In this document: positions 63,671-64,000 of the stretch, piece by piece
Numbering within the stretch: position 1 is the first letter of the stretch
Layout of the letters: each line of letters begins with the position of its first letter
Assembly: GCA_040437565.1 (NCBI GenBank)
Contig: JBDOQK010000041.1
Location: 1 to 64,000, forward strand
Direction of reading: 5' to 3'
DNA: 64,000 nucleotides
Source of the DNA: Albugo candida
Taxonomy: Eukaryota
The notes under the pieces: model-generated
Told to the model about the DNA's origin: nothing
Database searches by the model: none
The model's input: the letters and a program-made list of their open reading frames with translations, nothing else
Program-made: the position numbers and the translations under genes

Positions 63671-64000
63671 CTTCTTTTGAAAACAAAACGGACATAGACC
63701 GAACTTAAGAAACAGAGACCGAACTTATCGATGCTACCAAAATGTTGCGTCCCGCTCCTCGACGCGGCAATGAGCCCGTCACCTGCAGCGAGCCAGAAGC
63801 TTATATGAACGCTAGTGTGTCAACGAAGGGAGCACAATCCACCGGTGAACTGGATGTTGAGGATAGGAGTATATCAGTAGCGATGCTGGATACACATACT
63901 GATGAATTGACAAAATCTTTGGAGTCAGATTGGATTCATAATCCATCCAGATTTTTATGGCTGTTGTTATTCTCAGCGATCGCGGAATGTGTCACGACAT

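Overview
Eukaryotic draft-assembly scaffold, almost certainly an oomycete. The evidence is a FYVE-GAF protein, ~55-60 nt introns and oomycete-type copia/LINE families; an Albugo-like host is a guess, not established. It holds 13 gaps of 100 N, eight with duplicated flanks. Conserved genes occur in compact blocks: RPL17, AP-4 epsilon, NDUFA6, a START-like/FYVE/GAF protein, a VTT/TVP38 protein, a MAP2K, an MFSD12-like transporter, katanin p80 and a BRWD/PHIP-like protein. Between them lie transposon graveyards: three decayed Ty1/copia elements, two TA-flanked Tc1/mariner elements, a foldback-like inverted repeat, MULE and probable hAT remnants, and two related LINE relics. I found no convincing novel multi-gene system, CRISPR array or RNA gene. 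The most notable observations are: (1) one copia element whose halves share a TSD but lie ~12 kb apart around another contig; (2) a hairpin-flanked 10-bp micro-inversion distinguishing the two copies of the kinase exon; (3) a GC-AG intron and an Asp at an activation-loop phosphosite in the MAP2K; (4) half-tRNAiMet primer sites overlapping the gag ATG; (5) an extended PHD finger inside the BRWD protein; (6) a perfect 83-bp array that is probably an assembly loop.
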